This document shows positions 1 through 8,911 of a DNA stretch of 64,000 bases, piece by piece. The notes under the pieces were generated by a model. That model was given only the letters and a program-made list of their open reading frames with translations, was not told where the DNA came from and ran no database searches. Origin of the DNA: a virus (lineage: Duplodnaviria > Caudoviricetes); IMG/VR virus record IMGVR_UViG_3300025915_000017, positions 953-64,952 of that record. One strand, given 5' to 3'. Position numbers and translations under genes: made by a program. The stretch's first letter is position 1, and each line of letters starts with the position of its first letter.

Positions 1-50
1 TCGTCATTCCGTTCCCTGGCTGGTTTGTTGGTGGGCTTCTTGTCCTTCAG

Positions 51-998
51 ATGATCACGCTCGATGTAGCTGCGTTTGGCCTGGGCACTATGGCGAACCA
101 CGTCAAACGAAACGGCAACGAAGAGGCCGCTCAAAAAGCGGAACTGATGAGCAATGCGCTTATTGGCATCATGATCGTTACCGCGCTCAATGTGGTCATT
201 GATCTTCGTTTCGGCTCAGACCATGCAGTGGTTCATATGTGGACTGGCTACATTGATGATGTGCTTATCTTTGTGCGCATTATCGCTGTGATTTTGTATG
301 GTCACACGATCCGAAGTTTGCGTGAGGTCTCGCAGGCTATAGAGGTTGCCAAACAGGATGAAACCGACGATCTGAAAAACCAGATAGCCCAACTGCAAAG
401 GACACTGCAATCTGAGAGACGACAGGCCGCAGATCTGCAGACCCAATTGCAGAAGGATTTGCAGTCTGCACGTGCCGATTTTACCTTCCAGATTGATGCA
501 CTGAAACAATCACAAAACATGACGTTGCAGACGGCGGAAAGTCAAAATAGTGTGGTCAACGACCTGCAAAATCAACTACATGAAGCACTGCAAAACTGCA
601 ATTTGCAGACTGCAAAATTGGATCAGAAACAGCGCGATCTGGACCTGCAAACTGCAAAATTGCAGACTGCAACAACGGATCTGCAGACTGCAAAAATGCA
701 GATGATAGACCTGCAAAACCAACTGCAAGAGACTAAATTGCAGACTGCAAAAATGCCTGCAGTCTCGACTGCAAAAACGTCTGCACATAACGTTACCTCG
801 ATTGATCAGGCACGTGCAAAATATGAGGCTGCGGGAAGTTCTAAAGCCAAAGTAAGCGACGAAGAGATCCTAAAATTTAGGGCTGCAAATCCTGGGATGA
901 AGGTGGCAGAGGTAGCTGTACACTTTGGCATTAGTGAGAGAAAAGTCTATCTGGCAAAGCCTGCACAGACTGCAAATGCAGACGAGGCTGTGCAGTAA
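51..998 (+). CDS. Membrane-anchored coiled-coil protein with C-terminal helix-turn-helix (may begin upstream of the window)
   Basis: Hydrophobic N-terminal segments, long Q/L heptad region with LQTAK repeats, C-terminal HTH-like EEILKFRAANPGMKVAEVAVHFGISERKVY. Confidence 0.7.
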   Translation: MITLDVAAFGLGTMANHVKRNGNEEAAQKAELMSNALIGIMIVTALNVVIDLRFGSDHAVVHMWTGYIDDVLIFVRIIAVILYGHTIRSLREVSQAIEVAKQDETDDLKNQIAQLQRTLQSERRQAADLQTQLQKDLQSARADFTFQIDALKQSQNMTLQTAESQNSVVNDLQNQLHEALQNCNLQTAKLDQKQRDLDLQTAKLQTATTDLQTAKMQMIDLQNQLQETKLQTAKMPAVSTAKTSAHNVTSIDQARAKYEAAGSSKAKVSDEEILKFRAANPGMKVAEVAVHFGISERKVYLAKPAQTANADEAVQ

Positions 999-1095
999 TT
1001 TTCAGGTGAAATTGCAGTCTTTAGTCAGGAGGTTAGAGACTGCAAAATATTTCGAATGGGACTGCAAATTGCAGACTGCAAAATTGAAAAATGCA
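459..1095. repeat. Interrupted palindrome TTGCAG-A/T-CTGCAA repeat cluster
   Basis: Perfect copies at 603-615, 660-672, 738-750 and 1069-1081, near copies at 459 and 681, many ACTGCAAAA half-sites; continues past the stop codon at 998. Confidence 0.85.
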
Positions 1096-1295
1096 GTCGA
1101 AAGCGAGGGATTGAATGGATATCATTTATTGGATTATCGCCACGCTTTTAACCATTGTCCTGGCTGGTTCTGGTGTGTATCTTCACTATAGCCAGCGCAA
1201 AAAGTACAACTACAAACAACTGATTGCCGCGTTGGTGTTTCTGGGTATCGTAGGTTGGACAGTGTATAGATTGTTTCATTAATGAAAGGAAAAAG

Positions 1296-1526
1296 ATGAG
1301 CAGAGCCTTTCAACGGGGAGATCGGGTAGCGCCGATTGGCCCCTATCGTGAGCAGTGGGGGGACATCACTGGGACGGTGACACATTTGCATGGTGACTCG
1401 CCTGCTGATGGCAACCCTGATCCATTTCTCGCTACAGATGAGAGTGATGTGTGGGTGACATGGGATCAGCCTGCACAGGTGAAAGAGTGCTGGATGGCAG
1501 TGGATAATTTGGAGAAAGTTGGGTAA
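1296..1526 (+). CDS. Hypothetical phage protein
   Basis: 76-aa ORF with purine-rich RBS (aaggaaaaag). Confidence 0.6.
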   Translation: MSRAFQRGDRVAPIGPYREQWGDITGTVTHLHGDSPADGNPDPFLATDESDVWVTWDQPAQVKECWMAVDNLEKVG

Positions 1527-1724
1527 TTAGAAAGGGACACCTATGGCATATGAGACACGAATTGCATTGATCGATTTGGACCGCGTATGATGGTTTTGAA
1601 ACGAGAGTTTGAGCCTGTGCGAGAAGAAGAGAAAACTGACGACGAATAACATACTCTGACACATTGTAACTTGCCTGCTTTTATGCTACGCTTAGAGAAA
1701 GTCTAGCTAAGGCAGGCAATTTGT

Positions 1725-1946
1725 ATGGCTGATTTGAGTACAGGTGAATTGCAAGCTGTCCTGGCTAAGAAGTTTCCTTATTCGTACCAATTGTTCCCAC
1801 GAGTTGAACATGAGTGCAAAACGATAGCCACCTTGTATGAGGGACATGGCGAGGTGTGTTTACCTTTCCAGGGACTCTCCAGGGGAAAGTTAATTCTCAA
1901 GATTTTTATTACTAAATTAACAGGCCGTTTTACAGAGGGCGAGTAA
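1725..1946 (+). CDS. Hypothetical protein
   Basis: 73-aa ORF followed by a terminator-like hairpin. Confidence 0.5.
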   Translation: MADLSTGELQAVLAKKFPYSYQLFPRVEHECKTIATLYEGHGEVCLPFQGLSRGKLILKIFITKLTGRFTEGE

Positions 1947-1984
1947 GTGTAACACTATTTGGCGCGGCAGCATCGGAATGATAC

Positions 1985-2027
1985 CGGCGTCGAATTTCCA
2001 TTTTATGGGAGTTCGATGCCGTTTTTT
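1985..2027 (+). terminator. Intrinsic terminator
   Basis: cggcgtcgaatttcc / gggagttcgatgccg stem followed by a T run. Confidence 0.65.
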
Positions 2028-2749
2028 ATTGTCTTTTGTAGGGAGCACACATGCCACGATATTACGCAGCATGCACACCCAGTTGGCACACGCCACGAGA
2101 CACCACGTTTGAGTGGACGATTCTGTATCTCTTTGTGATTGACATATTTTGTCAATGTATGAGTCCGCTGCATGTCATCGGGTATTACTGCTGGCTGGCA
2201 GGGCTCACGATATCGCTGGGCATTTTTGCGTTGTTGGTTCTATTGCTGCGGTTTAGGAGGTGAGTGATGCCAGTCGCATTATGGTTGTTTGGTCTCGTGT
2301 GTCTGTTGGTTGGATTTTTGGGATTATTAGCCATTGCTGCGGGCGTCTTTAACCTGGCTGATGGCGGCGAAGACCAGCAGGAGCAATGATGGCTGCATGG
2401 AACTATCCTGGCCCAAATAGACGACAGCAGAAGAGGCAAGAATGCACGGAGCCTCGGTGGGGTAAACCGGGTTGGAAGTCGCTGGCCTGGATGACGCAGT
2501 TGTTAGCGGGGCTTGACCTGTTCTTCGTGGTGCTGATCCGAGCACCGATGCTGGGCGAGGCGATGTGGTGGCTTGCGCTGATCTCTACTTGTGTTGTGTT
2601 GGCGTTGGTATGTGTCTTGGCGGTGCGATGAAAATGGATGATGTTTGGTTCGCGGTGATTGTTGGTGGAACTTTTATTCTGAGTGTGGCGGGATTAGTGG
2701 CGATGTATTTGCATCTTATCGTGTTCTAAATTTTCCTTGAGGAGAGCCA

Positions 2750-3064
2750 ATGGAGCCAGAAGAGACGACAGGAAATCTCACATTTTTACCGATTAATAAG
2801 GCGACTTTCATTGACAGAATGATGGTCGATGCCCCTGCTGAAGAGATCCCGCCTTTCGGATTGTTTCATTTGTCCTTCAACAATAAGCGGCGACAGAAAA
2901 ACGGCCTGCAAACGCTCTATTGCCAGGGGACGCTCTACGAATCGGGCCGTGTGCATTTAGATACCAATGCACTTCCAACGCAGAGCTTTGATACGCTGAC
3001 CGATATGGAAGAATATCTGGCACAATTTGGTAGTTTCCACATTCAATGGCTACGGGGAGAATAG
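2750..3064 (+). CDS. Hypothetical protein
   Basis: 104-aa ORF with RBS gaggagag, abutting the next gene. Confidence 0.7.
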   Translation: MEPEETTGNLTFLPINKATFIDRMMVDAPAEEIPPFGLFHLSFNNKRRQKNGLQTLYCQGTLYESGRVHLDTNALPTQSFDTLTDMEEYLAQFGSFHIQWLRGE

Positions 3065-3067
3065 TAG

Positions 3068-4171
3068 ATGGACCTCATACGCACCTCGACCACAGACGTG
3101 GCTGGCAACCCAATTTGGCAAGTATCCCATACAGCCACAGCTAAAGACATATTAGATTTCTATGACAAAATCACCGCCAACCTTGCGCAGCTACAAACCG
3201 ATGCTGGTATTTCAACCTCACCAGTAACTACGCCGCCGGTTACACCTCCTCCAGTGATACCACCGACCACCGGGTTTCGAGGCATATTTGCCTTTAACAA
3301 TATGGCTAACCCGGCTCTGTTTGCAGATAAGGATTATATTGCTGGGACGGTTATCACGCGCTATCTGGCAGAGTTCTCTCCGAGTCAGGGCGTCTATAAG
3401 TTTGATGCCATTGATAATGATATCAAACCCTGGGCGGATCGCGGCAAGCAGATTATCCTGCGTGTTTCCACTGCTGGCCATACCAGCTGGCAGCCATCGC
3501 AGAATAGTAAACAGGGCACGCCGCAATGGATCTATGACCAGGGCGTGCCGTTCGTTACCGCCAACGATGGAGCCAAGAAACCTCAGTACTGGAACCTGAA
3601 ATTTCTCAATGCCCTCTCTGATTTCGTCAAGGCACTGGCGGCACGCTATGATGGACATCCCAATATCTTATGTATTGAGATTGGCGTGGGCGATGGTGGT
3701 GAGACGAAACCTGACACTACCAAAGATAGCAATGTGTTGACTCGGTGGCAGGCAATCCAGTATACGGATGCAAACTGGTGGCAGGCAATCCAGGCCATTA
3801 TTAACATGTATGTGCAGGCATTTAGTAAAACACCACTGGCCCTGATGCCTGATGCGAGCTTTTTAGGTGGGGCCAAGGGTTTTGATGAGTCCCTGGTGGT
3901 CAATTACGCGGCAAAGTATAACGTGTGGATGCAATGGAACGGGTTGGTGAGCGGTGGCAGCCTGCCGGGAAGCTTTAGCGGGCTGAAAAAGGGCTATCCG
4001 CTTCTTTTAGAACAGCTGAACTCAGCGACGGCAAATAAGAGGTCTTTGGCGAATGATTTACAAACTATGGTCAATCTGGGTGCGGTGGCTGCCCTGGTGT
4101 TCAATGATGATTTGCAGAATCCGGCGAATGTGGCGACGTTGCAAAGCGTGGCAGCGAAGGTTGGCAAGTAG
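3068..4171 (+). CDS. Glycoside hydrolase (GH-A clan TIM barrel, GH42/beta-galactosidase-like) with Pro/Thr linker
   Basis: EFSPSQGVYKFDAID, IILRV, QGTPQWIY, PQYWNLKFLNALSDFVKALAARYDGHPNI motifs typical of GH-A catalytic domains; PVTTPPVTPPPVIPP linker. Confidence 0.7.
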   Translation: MDLIRTSTTDVAGNPIWQVSHTATAKDILDFYDKITANLAQLQTDAGISTSPVTTPPVTPPPVIPPTTGFRGIFAFNNMANPALFADKDYIAGTVITRYLAEFSPSQGVYKFDAIDNDIKPWADRGKQIILRVSTAGHTSWQPSQNSKQGTPQWIYDQGVPFVTANDGAKKPQYWNLKFLNALSDFVKALAARYDGHPNILCIEIGVGDGGETKPDTTKDSNVLTRWQAIQYTDANWWQAIQAIINMYVQAFSKTPLALMPDASFLGGAKGFDESLVVNYAAKYNVWMQWNGLVSGGSLPGSFSGLKKGYPLLLEQLNSATANKRSLANDLQTMVNLGAVAALVFNDDLQNPANVATLQSVAAKVGK

Positions 4172-4184
4172 ACGAGGTGGCGGG

Positions 4185-4478
4185 ATGCAAGAGCAGGAAC
4201 CGTTTGTGCGCTGTCCCAACTGCAACAAATATGTCTTGCCACCTGGTCTGATTATTGTGGTGCATAGTAAACATGCAATGGAACAGTTTTGCGATACGCG
4301 AGGGGCCTGTGGACGGATTGAGTGTCCTGGTTGTGGCTTCTACGTCAACCCGCTCTACCACAGCCAGTGGGAGTGTAACTTCGCCAAAAGTGCTTATGAG
4401 CAAAGAGATGTGCCACTGGACAAGACTGAAGTGTTGAGCCAGGCCGAGGCAATCTTGAAAGAAGGGCGTCGAAGATGA
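4185..4478 (+). CDS. Small Zn-ribbon protein
   Basis: CPNC and CPGC motifs; start trimmed to the ATG at 4185 after gaggtgg. Confidence 0.6.
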   Translation: MQEQEPFVRCPNCNKYVLPPGLIIVVHSKHAMEQFCDTRGACGRIECPGCGFYVNPLYHSQWECNFAKSAYEQRDVPLDKTEVLSQAEAILKEGRRR

Positions 4479-4753
4479 ATTGTGAGATTTGTGGAAAGCC
4501 TCAAATACCACCAGGAACGCTTGTACTGACGCTCGGCACGTCCAGTGAATCGCCATATTGCTCGGGCCATGCTGAAGAGCGGGTGTGCTGTCCTCATTGT
4601 GGATCTATGGTACTAGCAAACATGCATCCGTTTCGAGCATGCCGCTATTTCCACACGTTGTATGGTGCATCGGGCCTGCCTCGCGTGGACGATGCGATTG
4701 CGGAGGCGGAGAAGATACTGAGAGATGCGCTGGGAGATGAGCATGCTTTTTGA
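4475..4753 (+). CDS. Small Zn-ribbon protein, similar layout to the previous gene
   Basis: CEIC and CPHC motifs, ATGA overlap, similar C-terminal AE(A)xxIL helix. Confidence 0.6.
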   Translation: MNCEICGKPQIPPGTLVLTLGTSSESPYCSGHAEERVCCPHCGSMVLANMHPFRACRYFHTLYGASGLPRVDDAIAEAEKILRDALGDEHAF

Positions 4754-5375
4754 GTGGTCCGATGATATAGCGATGCCTTCACAAGGAAGAAGCAACGAGT
4801 GGTACACTCCGGCCCGCTATGTTGATGCTGCGCGAAAAGTGATGGGCGGAATTGATCTTGATCCAGCATCGTGTGATATAGCGAATAAAGTAGTGAAAGC
4901 AACAAAATACTACACCCAAGAAGAGAATGGATTGATGCAGCCCTGGTATGGGCGTGTGTGGCTGAATCCTCCCTATGGACTTCTTGATGCCCCTGACTAT
5001 GGCAAACGATTTCATGGCGGCGGTGCAACTCCTGAGGAGAAGAGCTTGCAGACCATGTTCATCGGCAGGACACTGCAGGAGTACAAGGTAGGCAATGTAG
5101 AGCAGGTTATGCTCCTAGTTACAGCGAATACCACAGTGAGATGGTTTCAGTCACTTTGGGATTACCCAATGTGTACGCCTTTCCCAAAGATAGGTTTTAT
5201 TATCCCTGGCTCATCGCAGAGGCAGCGCCAAGTATTCGGTAATGTCTTCGTCTACTTTGGCCCCAATGAATCTGCTTTCCTTGAACACTTTTCCGAATTT
5301 GGCCGCATTACTAAAGCCATTGACACGCCTAAATCGAAGCCAACCATGCGTAGTTTGTGGGAGGTAGGAGAATGA
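4737..5375 (+). CDS. Phage DNA N6-adenine methyltransferase
   Basis: EWYTP, IDLDPAS and VWLNPPY motifs of the phage Dam-like family. Confidence 0.85.
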   Translation: MSMLFEWSDDIAMPSQGRSNEWYTPARYVDAARKVMGGIDLDPASCDIANKVVKATKYYTQEENGLMQPWYGRVWLNPPYGLLDAPDYGKRFHGGGATPEEKSLQTMFIGRTLQEYKVGNVEQVMLLVTANTTVRWFQSLWDYPMCTPFPKIGFIIPGSSQRQRQVFGNVFVYFGPNESAFLEHFSEFGRITKAIDTPKSKPTMRSLWEVGE

Positions 5376-5881
5376 GTGAGGGAAGATACAAACCGCATAG
5401 TCATCAGCCGCGCAACGTCAATTGCTTACATCAAGAGGAGCATGAGAGGAGCGGTATCAATCAGCGTATTGCTGTGGCCGTGACAAAGGGGCTCTCGACC
5501 ATGGCGGCTGTGTGGCTGGTGGTAGTGTTTATGGCCGTCTGGATTGTCCTGAATGCTCTTGGTATTTGGCGTTTTGATCCTGCGCCGTTTGCGCTCTTAC
5601 TGATTATCATCAATCTCCCTCAAATAGCCTCCACACCCCTGGTTATGGTTGGACAATCAGTTATTTCGCGGAAACAAGAACTCCAGTTCGATGAAGAGTT
5701 CAGGATGACAGAGAAAACCAGCCATGATCAAGCCGTCATCATCCAGCAAAACAACGAAATCATCCAGCAAAATGCCGAGATTATCAAACAGAATGACGAG
5801 CAAGCCAGGATGATTACCGCACTGCTTGCCGCTCCCATGACCACCCGGCGCAGGACACGTAAGGAGGTAGATCTGACGTGA
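5372..5881 (+). CDS. DUF1003-family membrane protein
   Basis: INQRIAVAVT, WIVLN..FDPAPFALL, STPLVMVGQ pattern and coiled-coil tail. Confidence 0.75.
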   Translation: MSEGRYKPHSHQPRNVNCLHQEEHERSGINQRIAVAVTKGLSTMAAVWLVVVFMAVWIVLNALGIWRFDPAPFALLLIIINLPQIASTPLVMVGQSVISRKQELQFDEEFRMTEKTSHDQAVIIQQNNEIIQQNAEIIKQNDEQARMITALLAAPMTTRRRTRKEVDLT

Positions 5882-6258
5882 TTTTGCTTTTTGATGATGC
5901 AACCACGCGCATGTGGACAGATGGGGAAAGCCTGCTCATGGCTGATACTGAGGCGGTCTATCTCTACCATCTGGCTTGCGGCGGGATTAAGATGTTTCAT
6001 TTGTTGTGTGGTGGAGGGAAAGAGGCACGCGAGATTGTGGACTCACTTGAACTTTCTCCACTGTGCCGGTGCTATCGTCCACCCGTCCGCTTTATCAACA
6101 AGAGTACGCCCGATCCTGTGCAACAAACGCTGGCCAATGTCTTTGTCGGGCTTGGCACATGCCCATCACTGAAGGGGCCTGCACTCGATGAGGTGAGATT
6201 GATGTTGGAAGAGATGGCATCGAGGGAAGAGATGAGCAGCATGGAGCAGGTCCTGTGA
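5878..6258 (+). CDS. Hypothetical protein
   Basis: Overlap-coupled ORF in the operon. Confidence 0.55.
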   Translation: MILLFDDATTRMWTDGESLLMADTEAVYLYHLACGGIKMFHLLCGGGKEAREIVDSLELSPLCRCYRPPVRFINKSTPDPVQQTLANVFVGLGTCPSLKGPALDEVRLMLEEMASREEMSSMEQVL

Positions 6259-6548
6259 AAAAGTCCTATCCCATTAACTGTGTGCCGACCAAAAAACGAT
6301 TAGCTGAAATCGGTTTCGATGATGCAGGCAAGCCGGTGGTGAGGTTGTGGTGTAAGGCATGTCGGATTGAGCATGTGTGTACCTTTGCCAATATGCAGCG
6401 CTCGTGGCGAGATATGCTGGCAGGGGATGATACAGCGCTGGTGGCGTTTCGGGATGTGCTCTGGGATGTCGTGAAGAAGATTGACACGGATTTGCGGGCG
6501 GATCTTGAAGATACTGGTAGAGTAGAGCAAAAAGAGGAGGCGTCGTGA
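6255..6548 (+). CDS. Hypothetical protein with CxxC
   Basis: Overlap-coupled ORF, WCKAC. Confidence 0.55.
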   Translation: MKKSYPINCVPTKKRLAEIGFDDAGKPVVRLWCKACRIEHVCTFANMQRSWRDMLAGDDTALVAFRDVLWDVVKKIDTDLRADLEDTGRVEQKEEAS

Positions 6549-6666
6549 TGATTGGACCGGATTCGAGCGATGATGATGGGACAGATGAGCACTGTAATAG
6601 TGGACCTGATCCAATTGAAGATGATGGCACTGATGACTAGTGCTGTTGTCTCGTAGCAAATTATGG

Positions 6667-6715
6667 TATAGTTCGAGAAAAGAGAGCCTCTGAGCCGTGT
6701 GCCAGAGGCTTTTTG
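6667..6715 (+). promoter_or_regulatory. Extended -10 plus GAGCC hairpin leader (copy 1)
   Basis: tggTATAGT, then stem agcctctg/cagaggct (6685-6710) and a T run upstream of terS. Confidence 0.6.
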
Positions 6716-6838
6716 TGTGCATGGGTACGGACAGCCGCTAAGTATCAGGTAAGCTTGCCCTATTGGGCGTTGGGACCCCTGTAAACCCATGCATCAAAAA
6801 TATGTGAAACTGACGAAATGGACAGGTAATTACGCGCA

Positions 6839-7393
6839 ATGAATGGGAAGCAACGTAAGCAGGTACAAAAAACGTTCATTGAATCTCTTCTACGAGATTC
6901 AAATGTTTCTCTTGCTTGCGAGGTGGCAGGGATTGCTAGAGCCACAGTGTACGTTTGGCGCGATGAAGATAAAGAATTTGCCGCACAATGGGATGATGCA
7001 ATAGAGCGTGCGCGAGATGTAGCGCGTCAATCCATTTATGCACGTGGTATCAAGGGATGGGACGAGCCGGTTGTGAGTATGGGGCAAGCCGTTTATGAGT
7101 ATGAGCCAGTCCTTGATAAGAATGGCGAGCAAAAAATTGATAGCAAGGGAAGACCTGTTACCCTTAAATCAAAGTTAATGGTTCATAAATGGAGCGATTC
7201 GCTAGCGGCGCTCTATGCAAAATCCAACCTTCCTGAATATAAAGAGAAGCAGCAGGTAGATCTGCATATGAACAACACAAAGGATCTACAAGCGTTGCAA
7301 GATGCGATTGCTCAGGCGCTTTTGCCTTATCCAGAGGCAGGCATAGCGGTGGCTGCGACTCTGGCTGAAATGGAGAAAGCCCGTGGCAACTAG
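6839..7393 (+). CDS. terS: Terminase small subunit
   Basis: N-terminal HTH (NVSLACEVAGIARATVYVWRDEDKEFAAQWDDA), position directly before terL. Confidence 0.8.
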   Translation: MNGKQRKQVQKTFIESLLRDSNVSLACEVAGIARATVYVWRDEDKEFAAQWDDAIERARDVARQSIYARGIKGWDEPVVSMGQAVYEYEPVLDKNGEQKIDSKGRPVTLKSKLMVHKWSDSLAALYAKSNLPEYKEKQQVDLHMNNTKDLQALQDAIAQALLPYPEAGIAVAATLAEMEKARGN

Positions 7394-8198
7394 TTTTGCA
7401 CGCCTTATGATGCAACTGGACCCGGTGCAAATGTCCTATGCTGCTGGTATTGAACCTGATCCCTGGCAAATGCGATTCTTGCGCAGTCGGTCCCCGCGTT
7501 TGTTACTCAACTGTAGCAGGCAGGTTGGCAAATCTACCACCACCGGAACACTTTCTATCCACACCGCATTCTATCAGCCAGAGGGCCTCATCCTCTTGCT
7601 TTCCCCGTCACAACGACAATCACAAGAACTTTTCAGAAAGTGTCTCGACGTATATCGGGAGCTTGATCGGTCAGTTCCTGCTAACGCAGAGAATGCGCTC
7701 AGTTTAGAACTAGAGAATGGTTCGCGTATCGTTTCATTGCCAGGGAAAGAGAGCACTATTCGTGGTATGTCAGGTGTGACCTTATTGGTGATAGACGAAG
7801 CCAGCCGCGTTCCTGACGAATTATACAAAAGCGTGCGCCCTATGCTTGCGGTTTCTGGTGGACGTTTAGTGCTGCTTTCCTCACCATTCGGCACACGTGG
7901 TTTCTTCTATGAAGCTTACAAGCAGAGGCAATCCTGGGACTACTACGAGATCCCAGCAACAGAGTGTCCACGTATTTCGCCGGAATTTCTCGAAGAAGAA
8001 AAACGGAACATGGGCGAATTTTGGTATGCCCAGGAGTATATGTGCCAGTTCTTAGATGCACAGGGGGCTGCATTTCGTGCTGAGGACATTGACCGTATTG
8101 TGCAGCCTGAGCTAGAATCCTGGTCCTTTGCGCCGTCTGCCTCGCCAGAAGTCCTGCGCGAACGCTACAAGACTCGGCCAACGGAGTTGAGCGCATGA
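7383..8198 (+). CDS. terL: Terminase large subunit, ATPase domain (separate gene)
   Basis: Walker A CSRQVGKST, Walker B LLVIDEA, coupling motif SSPFG. Confidence 0.9.
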   Translation: MATSFARLMMQLDPVQMSYAAGIEPDPWQMRFLRSRSPRLLLNCSRQVGKSTTTGTLSIHTAFYQPEGLILLLSPSQRQSQELFRKCLDVYRELDRSVPANAENALSLELENGSRIVSLPGKESTIRGMSGVTLLVIDEASRVPDELYKSVRPMLAVSGGRLVLLSSPFGTRGFFYEAYKQRQSWDYYEIPATECPRISPEFLEEEKRNMGEFWYAQEYMCQFLDAQGAAFRAEDIDRIVQPELESWSFAPSASPEVLRERYKTRPTELSA

Positions 8199-8899
8199 TA
8201 GAGATCAGAAACCCGGTCAACATCGGGATTGATGTGGGGCAAATTTCAGACCCGACAGCCATTGCAGTGGTTGAGGTGAGCCAGAAGCATGATGGACGGT
8301 GGCGATTTGGCGAACGCATTCCAGTGCGCGTGAGCGAGACTGGGCAACTTGTCCAGGCACATGACGCAGACCCGGTGTTGTCTGATTTGTACACAGTACG
8401 CTACATTGAACGGCTCCCACTTGGAACGCCTTATCCAAAAGTTGCTATCTATATCGCTGAGATGTTGTGTAGTCCGCTGTTGTACCGTCGCCGGGTACGT
8501 GTGTTGATCGATGTGACTGGTGTTGGCAGGCCTGTGTATGACGACTTACGGAGAGAGATTCGCCTGCGTCCAGAAGCACGCGATGCGACACTCAAGCCCA
8601 TCACGTTCGCGCACGGGGAAAGCTATGATCGCTCAAAGGGGCGCCTGGGCAAAGCCTATCTGGTGAGCCGTCTGCAATCTTTACTGCAAAATGGCAGTGT
8701 GCAGGCACCTGATACGCAAGAAGTTCAGGCCACGCTTGAGGAATTGCGCAACTACGAGATTAAGGTAAGCGATGACGGGAAAGACACGTATGGAGCGTTT
8801 AAGACGGGGACACATGATGACCTGGCAACGGCGCTTGGCCTGGCTGTTCTGGAATCGCCGTTTGCTGATAAAGTGAACTACAGCGCTCGTGTATATTAG
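8195..8899 (+). CDS. Terminase large subunit, RNase H-like nuclease domain (separate gene)
   Basis: GIDVGQISDPTA, IDVTGVG and HDDLATALGLA acidic motifs; ATGA overlap with the ATPase ORF. Confidence 0.85.
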   Translation: MIEIRNPVNIGIDVGQISDPTAIAVVEVSQKHDGRWRFGERIPVRVSETGQLVQAHDADPVLSDLYTVRYIERLPLGTPYPKVAIYIAEMLCSPLLYRRRVRVLIDVTGVGRPVYDDLRREIRLRPEARDATLKPITFAHGESYDRSKGRLGKAYLVSRLQSLLQNGSVQAPDTQEVQATLEELRNYEIKVSDDGKDTYGAFKTGTHDDLATALGLAVLESPFADKVNYSARVY

Positions 8900-8911
8900 C
8901 AGGGGAGAGAC

